A stretch of 64,000 bases of DNA from assembly GCA_951406725.2 (NCBI GenBank), contig OX597838.1:18972001-19036000 (forward strand). The letters are read 5' to 3'. This stretch comes from Octopus vulgaris. Lineage: Eukaryota. This document shows positions 37,414-46,368 of the stretch, piece by piece. Position numbers and translations under genes: made by a program. The notes under the pieces were generated by a model. It was given only the letters and a program-made list of their open reading frames with translations. It had not been told where the DNA came from and made no database searches. The first letter of the stretch is position 1; the number at the start of each line of letters is the position of its first letter.

Positions 37414-38065
37414 TCACTGCCTGGAATCAAACTCAGAATCTTGGGGCTAGTAGCCCGCACTCTTAACCACTATGACATATGACGTGGCGTAGGGGTTAAG
37501 AGCGTGGGCTACTAACCCCAAGATTCCAAGTTCGATTCCAGGCAGTGACCTGAATAATAATAATAATAACAGTGAAAAATACCTTAGGAATGAGAAGCCA
37601 GGTTCAAAATTTCCCCCAAGACACCTGATGAAGGCTGGAGAGTATATCAGCTGAAACGTTGTGCTAACAACAAACAAGATGAGGACAAATATCCGTCAAA
37701 TGTAAATAATGCACATAATTCCTCATCTCTTAAATATAGAACTGTATTATCGACCCCAGTGTTCATCTGTTCCTTATTTTATTGACCCTGAAAGGATGAA
37801 AGGCAAAGTCGACCTTGGCAGAAAATGAACCCAGAACAAAGGCAGACGAAATGCTGCTAAACATTTTGCCCAGCACACTAACAATTTTGTCATATTGAAA
37901 TTTCAAGTGTATGGAGAAATGAAAAGAAAATACTTACTTTGCAGTTGATGTAGCAAGAGGAATCGGTGAACTACAGATGGTCTCATCATTAAAAGAACCA
38001 GTTCGAAATATTTTCTCTTTCACTAAACTTCCAGCAGTTGGTGATTGAGATACATTTCCAGCCAT
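2360..38065 (-). CDS. CEP192: Centrosomal protein of 192 kDa (SPD-2 family)-like gene, 25 coding exons in window, 3' end outside window
   Basis: All exons have GT-AG boundaries with compatible phases and join into ~1771 stop-free codons. A long Ser/Thr-rich N-terminus is followed by tandem ASH/PapD-like domains (LEFG...LANKS, LNFGGVALG, VVFSP) and SPD-2-like motifs IPLFGYGAKS and GDEVARQQMKR. Confidence 0.85.
3207..3304 (-). CDS. CEP192: CEP192-like coding exon 24 (…YHGDEVARQQMKR)
   Basis: tag/gtgag, 98 nt, phase 0-2. Confidence 0.85.
4562..4644 (-). CDS. CEP192: CEP192-like coding exon 23 (…ISVKPENGILKPNGKQ)
   Basis: tag/gtacg, 83 nt, phase 1-0. Confidence 0.8.
5673..5835 (-). CDS. CEP192: CEP192-like coding exon 22 (IPLFGYGAKS…QNVGFRDGF)
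   Basis: tag/gtaag, 163 nt, phase 0-1; SPD-2-domain-like motif. Confidence 0.85.
6188..6352 (-). CDS. CEP192: CEP192-like coding exon 21 (…ITVVFSPT…)
   Basis: cag/gtaag, 165 nt, phase 0-0. Confidence 0.85.
6514..7005 (+). mobile_element. Palindromic tRNA-headed element with hammerhead-ribozyme/Penelope-like 3' end (copy A)
   Basis: Inverted arms about centre 6746/47, each arm = A/B-box tRNA-like head + (AAT)n + CTGATGA…GAAA motif; 40-nt tail 6966-7005 on one side only. Confidence 0.8.
7502..7586 (-). CDS. CEP192: CEP192-like coding exon 20 (EISLNLKN…NSFK)
   Basis: cag/gtaag, 85 nt, phase 2-0. Confidence 0.8.
8325..8471 (-). CDS. CEP192: CEP192-like coding exon 19 (…LNFGGVALGN)
   Basis: cag/gtaag, 147 nt, phase 2-2. 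Confidence 0.85.
9157..9371 (-). CDS. CEP192: CEP192-like coding exon 18 (…VTLLNSG…VTFHP…)
   Basis: cag/gtgag, 215 nt, phase 0-2. Confidence 0.85.
9912..10048 (-). CDS. CEP192: CEP192-like coding exon 17 (…VEIQLDVP…NGVD)
   Basis: tag/gtaag, 137 nt, phase 1-0. Confidence 0.8.
11463..11646 (-). CDS. CEP192: CEP192-like coding exon 16
   Basis: cag/gtgag, 184 nt, phase 0-1. Confidence 0.8.
11826..11939 (-). CDS. CEP192: CEP192-like coding exon 15 (IEPKSLEFG...RLVIS)
   Basis: cag/gtaag, 114 nt, ASH-domain start motif. Confidence 0.85.
13070..13225 (-). CDS. CEP192: CEP192-like coding exon 14 (VIFFPQEPG...PRLH)
   Basis: cag/gtaag, 156 nt, phase 0-0. Confidence 0.85.
15114..17017 (-). CDS. CEP192: CEP192-like coding exon 13 (1.9-kb Ser/Thr-rich exon into first ASH-like domain)
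   Basis: cag/gtaag, 1904 nt, phase 1-0, within ORF 15036..17069. Confidence 0.9.
17184..17634 (-). mobile_element. 451-bp element with perfect 50-bp TIRs (TGTTA…TAACA), 5-bp TSD, internal Ty3/Gypsy gag fragment
   Basis: TIRs 17184-17233 / 17585-17634; GATGG on both flanks; internal CQYCG…H…CPAFG..CKACGKPNHW..MC zinc knuckles. Confidence 0.85.
17830..18902 (-). mobile_element. Tigger/pogo-like DNA transposon relic (with SINE insertion)
   Basis: TA|CAGTGATCCCTCG end at 18902; frameshifted MAPKR…KRKRRMMTIAKK CENP-B-like HTH start; left boundary approximate. Confidence 0.6.
18913..19353. mobile_element. piggyBac-type MITE with a same-family MITE nested at 19043-19261
   Basis: TTAA-CCCTTTAG … CTAAAGGG-TTAA ends, twice. 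Confidence 0.65.
19439..19709 (-). CDS. CEP192: CEP192-like coding exon 12 (FLYNQSL...CQDN)
   Basis: cag/gtgag, 271 nt, phase 0-1. Confidence 0.8.
19743..20536 (-). mobile_element. Internally deleted mariner transposon with nested piggyBac-type MITE (20193-20420)
   Basis: TIRs TATTGGGTTGTC(C/T)GGAAAGT, TA TSD, transposase motif WDVLLHLPYSPDIAPSDFHLF. Confidence 0.85.
20811..20954 (-). CDS. CEP192: CEP192-like coding exon 11 (DKCLEVP...RMSVGTYMRIGSETLPNS)
   Basis: cag/gtagg, 144 nt, phase 0-0. Confidence 0.8.
21082..21498. mobile_element. MITE (PIF/Harbinger-like ends)
   Basis: GGATCTTTTCGGTTTGAACGGCA … TGCCGTTCAAACTGAAAAGATCC inverted termini. Confidence 0.6.
21654..21721 (-). CDS. CEP192: CEP192-like coding exon 10 (SGTSKLDADEAEF...SNY)
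   Basis: tag/gtaag, 68 nt, phase 1-0. Confidence 0.75.
22456..22602 (-). CDS. CEP192: CEP192-like coding exon 9 (AENPEPLNVETF...DFAF)
   Basis: cag/gtaag, 147 nt, phase 1-1. Confidence 0.8.
23100..23960 (+). mobile_element. Decayed Penelope-like retroelement, linker + GIY-YIG endonuclease region (split by a SINE at ~23505-23681)
   Basis: LPSFKHAHNL, FPCSRLCCHT, NVI…YTGQTG, VSHH…GHS..DL, EQGFIFSL in the expected order, with frameshifts. Confidence 0.6.
24414..24477 (-). CDS. CEP192: CEP192-like coding exon 8 (QNSEAVG...TLMS)
   Basis: cag/gtaag, 64 nt, supplies the needed phase 0-to-1 change. Confidence 0.7.
24532..24929 (-). mobile_element. Non-autonomous Helitron
   Basis: Minus strand A|TC start, subterminal hairpin CCCG-AGCAACGC-CGGG, degenerate CTAG|T end. 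Confidence 0.6.
27034..27418 (+). mobile_element. tRNA-Arg-like SINE (octopus OR-type); other copies ~2548-2852, 26005-26356, 34778-35090
   Basis: GGAGGCGCAATGGCCCAGTGGTTAGGGC…GGTTTCGATTCC head; CTTACCACACAG duplicated around the insertion. Confidence 0.75.
27553..27672 (-). CDS. CEP192: CEP192-like coding exon 7 (EMSYCST...GQTQ)
   Basis: cag/gttgg, 120 nt, phase 0-0. Confidence 0.7.
27785..28120 (-). mobile_element. CR1/L2-like LINE 3' end
   Basis: KHFF..RV..AWNKLP-like motif followed by 3' UTR and (ATT)n tail. Confidence 0.5.
29450..29496 (-). CDS. CEP192: CEP192-like coding exon 6 (TDFLSATPRIDNSLE)
   Basis: tag/gtcag, 47 nt, phase 1-0. Confidence 0.65.
30523..30561 (-). pseudogene. 5' half (39 nt) of tRNA-Val(AAC)
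   Basis: GGTTCCATGGTTTAGTGTTTATCACATCTGCTTAACACG, 2 mismatches to cluster genes, stops just after the anticodon loop. Confidence 0.7.
31077..31493 (-). CDS. CEP192: CEP192-like coding exon 5 (GMESLLN...DLGKP)
   Basis: cag/gtaag, 417 nt, phase 1-1, matches ORF 30913..31488. Confidence 0.85.
31771..32215. repeat. 27-bp minisatellite (GGGGAACGGGTGCCTGTCATGTGTC(A/G)C), ~15 units
   Basis: Direct inspection; 9-aa periodicity in all ORF translations. Confidence 0.9.
32244..32407 (+). mobile_element. 5'-truncated copy C of the hammerhead element
   Basis: 3' part plus tail ending AGAACTG. Confidence 0.75.
32283..32328 (+). ncRNA. Minimal hammerhead ribozyme motif
   Basis: Same core as 39219. Confidence 0.55.
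32509..32630 (-). CDS. CEP192: CEP192-like coding exon 4 (SPTIIPNF...DEFLQ)
   Basis: cag/gtaag, 122 nt, phase 2-1. Confidence 0.75.
33246..33334 (-). ncRNA. Type I hammerhead ribozyme (mirror copy, sense to CEP192 pre-mRNA)
   Basis: Exact reverse complement of 33489-33577. Confidence 0.8.
33489..33577 (+). ncRNA. Type I hammerhead ribozyme
   Basis: TTTCTTC-CTGAAGA-GAAAG…CTTTC-GAAAC-ACGT-GTA|GAA(T)GAAA: complete core, stems I/II, short stem III with palindromic loop, GUA cleavage site after 33569. Confidence 0.8.
35139..35258 (-). CDS. CEP192: CEP192-like coding exon 3 (SFIPRK...GKTSLGNVS x2)
   Basis: cag/gtgag, 120 nt, phase 2-2. Confidence 0.75.
36666..36782 (-). CDS. CEP192: CEP192-like coding exon 2 (KEVTTQS...KHPG)
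   Basis: ttttag/gtaaa boundaries, 117 nt, phase 2-2, open. Confidence 0.75.
37250..37744 (+). mobile_element. Same palindromic tRNA/hammerhead element (copy B), inserted in another SINE
   Basis: Same arms and same 40-nt tail (37705-37744). Confidence 0.8.
37620..37665 (+). ncRNA. Minimal hammerhead ribozyme motif
   Basis: Same core as 39219; stem I GACAC/GTGCT has one mismatch. Confidence 0.55.
37938..38065 (-). CDS. CEP192: CEP192-like coding exon 1 (MAGNVSQSP...STAK)
   Basis: ATG in gccagcATGG context; acceptor at 38080-81; GTAAGT donor; phase 2. Confidence 0.75.
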
Positions 38066-39149
38066 GCTGGCGGCACCATCTTTGGAAACAAGAAAAATAA
38101 CATTAAATGTCTGAGTTGAGTATAAATAACATTATATTTTTTTCAGATCATCGACTGCACCTCCGCACTCTCTCTTTTACTTGTTTCAGTCATTTGACTG
38201 TGGCCATGCTGGAGCACCACCTTTTAGTCGAGCAAATGACCCCGGGACTTATACTTTGTAAGCCCAGTACTTATTCTATCGGTCTCTTTTGCCGAACCGC
38301 TAAGTTACGGGGACGTAAACACACCAGCATCGGTTGTCAAGCAATGTTGGGGGGGACAAACACAGACACACAAACACATATATATATATACATATATACG
38401 ACGGGATTCTTTCAGTTTCCGTCTACCAAATCCACTCACAAGGCATTGGTGGACCCGGGGCTATAGCAGAAGATGCTTGCGCAAGATGCCACACAGTGGG
38501 ACTGAACCCCGCCTTGCAAATGTGTGTTGCTCTCAGTGTCTGTATGTATATACATGTATGCATGTGCTCTGATCTGTGTATACTATATGTTTATATGCAT
38601 GTGTGTATAAGTTTGTATTTATTAAATATATATATATATATATACGACGGGCTTCTTTCAGTTTCCGTCTACCAAATCCACTCACAAGGCTTTGGTCGGC
38701 CCGAGGCTATAGTAAGAAGACACTTGCCCAAGGTGCCACGCAGCGGGACTGAACCTGGAACCATGTGGTTGGTAAGCAAGCTACTTACCACACAGCCACT
38801 CCTACGCCTTGAGACAGTTTTAGAATATTTACACAACTTTTTTCATCAACTTAGTCTTCGAGTATCCGATGTCTTATTTTTGGTTATGTGTATGGTGGGC
38901 AAGAAATAGGATCCAGCTGCTTCTTAATTTTGTAAGTTGTCTTATTCTTAACGGCTTGTGATGTCCAATAAAGGGTATAAGCAAGTTACAATAGCAGAGT
39001 AGAGTCTTTAAACCCAAACTGTAGCCGGTTAGGGCGGAGCAGTGTAACCTGATGATTGAAAAGTTTATCCCTATAAATTTCATTAAAAAAAAAAAAAACC
39101 ACTATCTATAGAATGAGGTTAAATGATAAAACTAATTTAGAATTTACTC

Positions 39150-39312
39150 AATAATAATAATAATAACAACATCGAAAAATAACTTAGGAATGAGAACCCA
39201 GGTTCGAAATTTCCCTAAGACACCTGATGAAGGCTGGAGGGTATATCAGCTGAAACGTTGTGTTAACAACAAACAAGACGAGGACAAAAATTTCCGTCAA
39301 ATGTAAATAATG
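39150..39312 (+). mobile_element. Truncated copy D of the hammerhead element
   Basis: (AAT)n + hammerhead-containing 3' part. Confidence 0.75.
39219..39264 (+). ncRNA. Minimal type I hammerhead ribozyme motif
   Basis: GACAC-CTGATGA-A-GGCTG(loop)CAGCT-GAAACGTT-GTGTT: stem I, catalytic core, stem II, palindromic AACGTT in place of stem III, GUU cleavage triplet. Confidence 0.65.
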
Positions 39313-39969
39313 TGTGTCTGTGTTTGCCCCCCCCCCCCCCACTCAACATCGCTTGATAACCGAAGTTGGTGTGTTTACGTCCCCGTAACTTAGCGGTTCG
39401 GTAAAAAGGAGAACGATAGAATAAGTACTAGGCTTACAAAGAATAAGTCCTGGGGTCGATTTGCTCGACTAAAGGTGGTGCTCCAGCATGGCCGCAGTCA
39501 AATGACTGAAACAAGTAAAAGAGTAAAACAGAATATCTTCCACTGAAAACTTCCTTCATTGAAGGTCTTCAATCTGATTTAGGATTTATGGGAGAGAGGT
39601 TAAAAAATTTTCCCTTTTTTCATCATCGTAGGACTACCCGTGTCTAAAACGCAAATTTGCAGACGTTTTCAGAAAATTCCAAAAAATAAAAATAAAAGTT
39701 ATGAGGGGGTTATAGGCGAAAGTAAAGGATACGCACGCCCAGTGTTTTTGTTACGCCGAAAACAGGTGGTGTGCATGTTCTTTACCTCTGCCAGAATTTC
39801 GCCGAATTTATAACTGAAAAGCCTAATTTAAAGATATTTTTTTTTTCATTTATTTGTTTTTGAGATAGCTATTATTCAACATGTCTCGCCATCATTACAT
39901 GTTCATATCGTAATGATGAAAATGCTTAAGTTTTAGAAATCGACTCCGCAACCATTAGTTATTTTAACC

Positions 39970-40148
39970 CAGTGCTTTTCAAACTTTTTGCTGGAGCGGA
40001 ACCCCAAGAAAACATTTCACTGGATCGAGGAACCCCTGTGCAATAATTTAATTGTCCTATGCACACATATTTGCACAGGAGAATTAAAAATTACTGTCGA
40101 TTTTAGCATTTTTGTAACTTCTTGCGGAACCCTGGTTGAAAACCACTG
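39970..40148. mobile_element. hAT-type MITE
   Basis: CAGTG…CACTG ends, 8-bp TSD TT(T/C)TAACC. Confidence 0.7.
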
Positions 40149-40582
40149 TTCTAACCCCTCTGTTAGAACGCGATATAGTTAAATGGTCGTCTTTACACAC
40201 TCAAACATAAAAGATGTAGCCTCCAATCTGTCTAGATTGGTAATAGCTCCAAATAAGAACGGACTTCGTCTGCGACGACCCTCCTAACCCATACAAGCAT
40301 GGAAGAGTGGTCGTAAAGCGACGATGATGTTGGTTAAGCAATCATGTTTTAATAGACGTTGATAAAAGAGATACATTATGCTTCTAAATGTTATTTACGA
40401 CTTAATTCAGTGCTATATAGAATTAAAGTTGTAAAAATTAAAAAATTAACTTTATTTCGCCCTGACTGTAATCCACAGCTGACATCCGCCCTGAGCTTTT
40501 TATTATTGTTCTGACACGACGAAGAAAGTTATCGTTGAGTTTACGGTGCCTTAGGAGGACAATATGAGAATAGAGACATAAT

Positions 40583-40990
40583 AGGCGCAGGAGTGGCTGC
40601 GTGGTAAGTAGCTTGTTTACCAACCACATGGTTCCGGGTTCAGTCCCACTGCGTGGCACCTTGGGCAAGTGTCTTCTACTATAGCCTCGGGCCGACCAAA
40701 GCCTTGTGAGTGGATTTGGTAGACGGAAACTGAAAGAAGCCCGTCGTATATATGTATATATATATATGTGTGTATGTATGTGTGTGTCTGTGTTTGTCCC
40801 CCTAGCATTGCTTGACAAGCGATGCTGGTGTTTACGTCCCCGTCACTTAGCGGTTCGGCAAAAAGAGACCGATAGAATAAGTACTGGGCTTACAAAGAAT
40901 AAGGTCCCGGGGTCGATTTGCCCGACTAAAGGCCGTGCTCCAGCATGGCCGCAGTCAAATGAATGAAACAAGTAAAAGAGAGTAAAAAGA
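40583..40990 (+). mobile_element. Abundant tRNA-derived SINE (representative of >15 copies/fragments, e.g. 3380-3853, 28249-28638, 28915-29277, 49060-49467, 59150-59534)
   Basis: A/B-box head, CCTTGGGCAAGTGTC core, TGGTAGACGGAAACTGAAAGAAGCCC domain, internal (TA)/(TG) microsatellite. Confidence 0.85.
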
Positions 40991-41850
40991 GATAGGAATA
41001 GCTTAAAATATAAAAAGAACTTCAGAATTCATGTCTGACGAGATAATGGCAGTGTACTGTGATTCCACTAGACGTGGAATGTCTCCATGGCTGACAGAAG
41101 ACTTCGGAAGTACAGCAGAGCAATAAGTGTGTGGTACAGAAAGACCTAAGATGAGAACAAAAAAAAAAACGAAAAACCAAATCTTCGATGAATTGTAAAA
41201 CAAACTAGGAAACTTGTAGTGGGCTGGAGGGAAATCATATATATATTTTAAGCGGTCTTGGGCCAACAGGTTTTTTTTTGGATCTGACCATACGCCATAA
41301 AGCTAAACCCTTAATGGACGGGATACCTAAAATAATCCCATAAACCGGCGTCACAACCTGGGGCCTTGAAGACTGCTTAAATGCAAGAAAGTATACTAGT
41401 CCCCTTAATATTTGATATTCAATATTTCATTTATTCAATAAGACAATCAATACTTCATTTCATTTTACTATATAAACCATATATACTACATATTCTATAT
41501 CCTACATTAATATTATAAGACTATAAATAACAGAGTTGGAATTCCTTTGAATAATACATATATATTATGAGGGGTCATAGGCGAAAGTAAAGAATACGCA
41601 ATATCCCTCTGTGTTTAGCCCCTTGTGGGTAGTAAAGAAATATATAAATATATATATATATATATAATACTTAATAATTAGGGTTCAGCAAAGATTTGCT
41701 TTACCACATACCGAAGTTTAGAAATAGCAGCCAAAACCTTAGCTATTTCTTCTACTTTAAAAAGGGACTCCCAGAGAAACCAAAATACTTGAAGACAATC
41801 CACAGAGGCAGAGAGGAAAGCAACGAAAATCAATCAATACCTGGTCATCC

Positions 41851-41882
<32 letters not shown>

Positions 41883-42060
41883 GGGTTAATTGCAACAAGT
41901 TGCTCAAAACCACATACCGAAAATATTAGAAATAACCCTTAATTATAATTATTATAAACCTTACCAAATATGGTCTTTTCCATACCGATAAATCTACTAG
42001 GTGAAATTTATTAATTTTATTAAATTAATTATATTCCACCCTTTATTGCATATATATAGT

Positions 42061-42300
42061 AATTAAGGGTTTAGCAACGATTTGCCTCACCACACACCGA
42101 ATTTAGAAATAGCAGTCAAAGAGTTATGGCTTTGACTGCTATTTCTAAATTCGGTGTGTGGTGAGGCAAATCGTTGCTAAACCCTTAATTACTTAGTATT
42201 ACTTAAACCTTCCTCGAATGGGGCTTTTACATGCCGAAATCTACTTGGTGAAATTAATGATTATTCCAAATTAATTAATTTCACCCTATATTATTATTGA
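42061..42300 (+). repeat. 61-bp-arm hairpin plus tail element in (TA)n; related copies at ~41675-41745 and ~41877-42048
   Basis: Arms 42061-42121 / 42130-42190 are reverse complements. Confidence 0.8.
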
Positions 42301-42571
42301 TATATATATATATATATATGTATATATATTTGCCTCGTTTCCTTTTTCCTTTCTTTCTTCAAATTAACACTTCTTAAACCTTAGTTCCCGATGAGCCATA
42401 AACGAAACAGAATATATATATCTTATCCGATTAAGGATATGATAGACAGATGGATGGATGGATATTCGAGTTTATGAAAACAAACAGTAAATATTGTAAC
42501 AATGTCACGAAGATATTATATAAATAAATAAAAGAGGGAGGAAAAAAACGCTGATTTATACTTAACCTCAC

Positions 42572-42745
42572 CAGTAATTATGTTGCTCAGTGTCCTATTT
42601 GTTGTTGTTGTTGTTGTCTTCGATAACGAAGCTAATTAAGGACTTAATTAATCCAACAAATTTTGAAAGATTTGAAAATTCCGCGCTTTAAAAAAGCAAC
42701 TGACTACAATTGCGAGGTTAATGGCAGCGAAGACTCTGATTGGTT
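42572..42745 (-). promoter_or_regulatory. Probable promoter and non-coding first exon of the CEP192-like gene (CCAAT box, CDE/CHR-like element)
   Basis: On the minus strand: CCAAT (42739-43), GCGCGG-AATT-TTCAAA plus a second TTCAAA (42662-86), then donor CTG|GTGAGG at 42572/71. Confidence 0.5.
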
Positions 42746-43474
42746 GATATTGTTTAAGAGTGTTGACTCATTTTATGTATGTATACAATACACACACACA
42801 CATATACACACAAGTACACACACAGACACACAGACACACAAACACAACACACACACACAGACACACATACACACAAGTACACACACACACACACACAAAC
42901 ACAAGTACACACAGACACACAGACACACAAGTACACACACACACAGACACACAAACACAAGTACACACACACACAGACACACAAGTACACACAAGTACAC
43001 ACACACACAGACACACAAACACACACACACACACACACACACAGACACACACAGTACACACAGACACACAAACACAAGTACACACAGATACACATACACA
43101 CAAGTACACACAAACACAGACACACAAACACAAGCACACACACACACACACAGATTGCTTCTGCTGAATATTAATAAATATCTATATATTATATTCACAC
43201 AATATACACACCCACATGACGTTCCTATATATATTAATCTGCCGTTCTTTCCTGTTAGTTTGTATGGTAACATTCAGAGAGTGATTAGCGAAAATAAATT
43301 TGACATTTACTTAGGAACTTCCTTAGCCTAGTTAAGTTTTTGCTGAGTCTCGAAGGACAAGGGAGGTTTTTCTTTCTTTCTTCCTTTATTTATTTATTTT
43401 TTTTTTGTTTATTTATTTAGTGACCAGATGTGGGTTTGGGACACAGTGCCATTCTTTTTCTTTTTTTCTACTCT

Positions 43475-43851
43475 AGGCACAAGGCCTGAAATTTTGGGGG
43501 AGGGCGATAGTCGATTATATCGACCCCCAGTACGCATCTGGTACTTAATTTATCGACCCCGAAAAGACGAAAGGCAAAGTACGACTTCGGCAGAATTTGA
43601 ACTCAGAACTTAAAGACAGACGAAATACCTATTTCTTTACTACCCACAAGGGGCTAAACACAGAGAGGACAAACAAGGACAGACAAACGGATTAAGTCGA
43701 TTATATCGACCCCAGTGCGTAACTGGTACTTATTTAATCGAGTCCGAAAGGATGAAAGGCAAAGTACGAATTTGAACTCAGAACATAAAGACAGACGGAA
43801 TACCGCAAAGCATTTCGCCCGGCTTGCTAACGTTTCTGCCAGCTCGCCGCC
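43475..43851 (-). mobile_element. Meta/MESC-domain-like SINE (many copies, e.g. 9400-9800, 12030-12575, 13270-13690, 14450-14870)
   Basis: GGCGAGCTGGCAGAA…GAGTTCAAATT head with GCCTTTCATCCTTTCGGGGTCGATAAA…AGTACC-type central domain. Confidence 0.7.
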
Positions 43852-44262
43852 GGAATCGATACCTTTCTAACATTTCGCCAATCCACTCTGACTGGTACTT
43901 ACTTATCGACCCCGAAAGGATGAAATGTCAAGTTGACATAGGCATGATTTGAACTTAGAATGCAGAGAGACGCAACTCATTTTATCCGATGCTGTTAGGA
44001 CACTGCCAAGTCGATCAGGCACACACATACATACACACACGTAATATATAATGTACTGTTCCGTTATAGGTTGGATCAACCAAAAAGTTCTTCATCCACT
44101 GAGAGATAAATATCATGTCATGCACGTAGAATTTAAATTCGAGCAACTATTAGTTTCATGCTCTGAAAACAAGATAATCTGACAAGCATGTAAGTGAAGA
44201 GCGACCGACTCTTAACCAATGTTCGGGCTTAGAGGGTTCTATATAGACGGAGAGCCATAGGT

Positions 44263-44308
<46 letters not shown>

Positions 44309-45861
44309 ATATCTCTCTCTCTATATCTCTCTCTCTCTGTCGCTCTTTCTTTCTCTCTCCCTCTCTCTCTTTCACTCCTTCTTTTGTGCCAAAGCACGAA
44401 ATTCTCTGATCTCTGTTAGCAGGTGAAATACATATTCACAGAATCATTATAACCATTCGCGCGCGTGCGTACATGCGTACGTTCGTGTGTGCAGCTCTCT
44501 TCCTTACCTTCTCTCGTCGTCTCTTTCTATAGCCTGTTTCCGTCCGTACATGGAGCTTCATTTTGAGGAACCCCGCCCCCTCCCCCGAACGTCTGCTAAG
44601 TCAACTTTTTCAATCCCCTTTGTTTCCTAGTACTTCCACATAAGCGACTTAAGTTTGTAACAATTGATGGGAGGGATGTTTGAATCCACACCTTTAAAAG
44701 TGGGGAGTACTAGTTGAATATTCCATTAAAAATAGCTACCCAATATCCATACCTTATTCTATAAGACAGAAGGATGTTGGGAATCATACGCTACTGTAGC
44801 GGATAGTTACTTAGAGGTAATGAATATCATTTACTCTGGCAATTTATGAATATCTATTTCGAACTAATGAGAAACGACAGGCCTTATATCCAAGCTATAA
44901 ATTTTCGTCTGTGCTAGGGATCTATAAAAGGCGGGTTCAGCTGATATATTGGTTAAGGAGTCAGAGAACAAAGGAATGTTCAGTGAATAATCGACGGGGC
45001 CCAGAACAAGTTTTTTTCAACCATGCGAACATTCTTCAAGAGGCCTTTTGTATCCGTCTATTTGCTTGCTGGCTATTTTAATAGGTCTGTGTGGTTAGTA
45101 CATCAAACATTCTATAAGAAGCTAATTTTGACGGCGAAGCTTCGTAGTAAACATTTACTTTTAATAGTGGTTTCACATTTTGGAACAAAGCCAGGAATTT
45201 CGGGGGAGGGAATAAGTCGGTTACATCGACCCCAGTGCTCAACTGGTGATATTTTATCGACCACGAAAAGATGAAAGGCAAAGTAGGCCTCGGTGGAATT
45301 TGAACTCAGAACACGAAGGCGGACAAAATGCCGCTGAGCATTTCGCTCGACGTGCTAACGATTCTGCCAGCTCGCTGCTTTACATTCACTATATTCGAAA
45401 TCAAGGAAGTTGCTTGAAATTACTTTTGAACATCCGAATAAAGTTTTCATTGTAATGAAAGTCTCAGAATTTTTATTTTATTTCTCCGGCAAAATACACT
45501 CTGTATTTATCATTTGGCATCCTTCTGTATTCACACTGTCTCCTCGACATGACAGCGAGCATTAACTTTTGAATAATTATGACTTGGCTATCATATTCAG
45601 AACATAGCTTCAACCCAGCTTCAATTGATCACTGGTCAATGGTCCTAAACCTCTTAAATAATAAATTTAAACGGCCTTTAAATCACAAACAGCAATATAA
45701 AAGTTTGTTATTATCTCGAGTCATTTTTTAACATTTCTGAACATCCGCCATGAATTTTATTCCGAAATCCAAATGAAACCAAAAAATTAAGAGTTAAATT
45801 TTTGTTTCAACACCGAGTCAGCAATCAGAACACCTTGAAACGTTGGGGAAAAAAATGAAAT

Positions 45862-46345
45862 TCAGCACATTCCGTCCTTCCATCTTCCCCACCTTACTAT
45901 TCGTGGGAGGGTCATGGGAGTAAAGTTCTCAGGCACCTCAACAAGCAGACGAGCAATGTGATCGGACAGCAGGTACAGTTTTTTCGAGAAACCCAGACGA
46001 AAAAAGTAAAGTGGATATGTCATCCATGCCCTCCTATGCGATTTGCACTTCACGGAAACAAATTTTAAAGCATGGGAAATGTCGCTTTGGTCGAGAAATC
46101 TTTCAATCGCTTGTCTTGCTTTCTTAATGTCGGACACTGTTCCTTTTTTTTACGTACCCTTGTGAAATCTTTGATGCCTTTTCACCATAATCCGGACAGT
46201 AAAATCACACTTTTCTGTTCTCTTGTCAATGGTGTTCGGTTTCCTATGACAGACATGCTAACGAACGGCAATATACTAGATCACTCGTATCAGATATGTT
46301 GCCAGAACAAAGTCATAGAAAAAAATGGAGGAACTAATGCTTTTC
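45862..46345 (-). mobile_element. Possible decayed DNA-transposase (piggyBac-like) fragment
   Basis: KSVILLS, QCPTL, KSHRRAW motifs loosely match the PGBD C-terminal half. Confidence 0.3.
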
Positions 46346-46368
46346 CAGTGAGTTTAGGTCTTTCAGTA

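Noticed and set aside
42385-42412. CCGATGAG…CGAAAC hammerhead-like motif
   Set aside because: Core U4 is changed, and there is no credible stem II or cleavage triplet.
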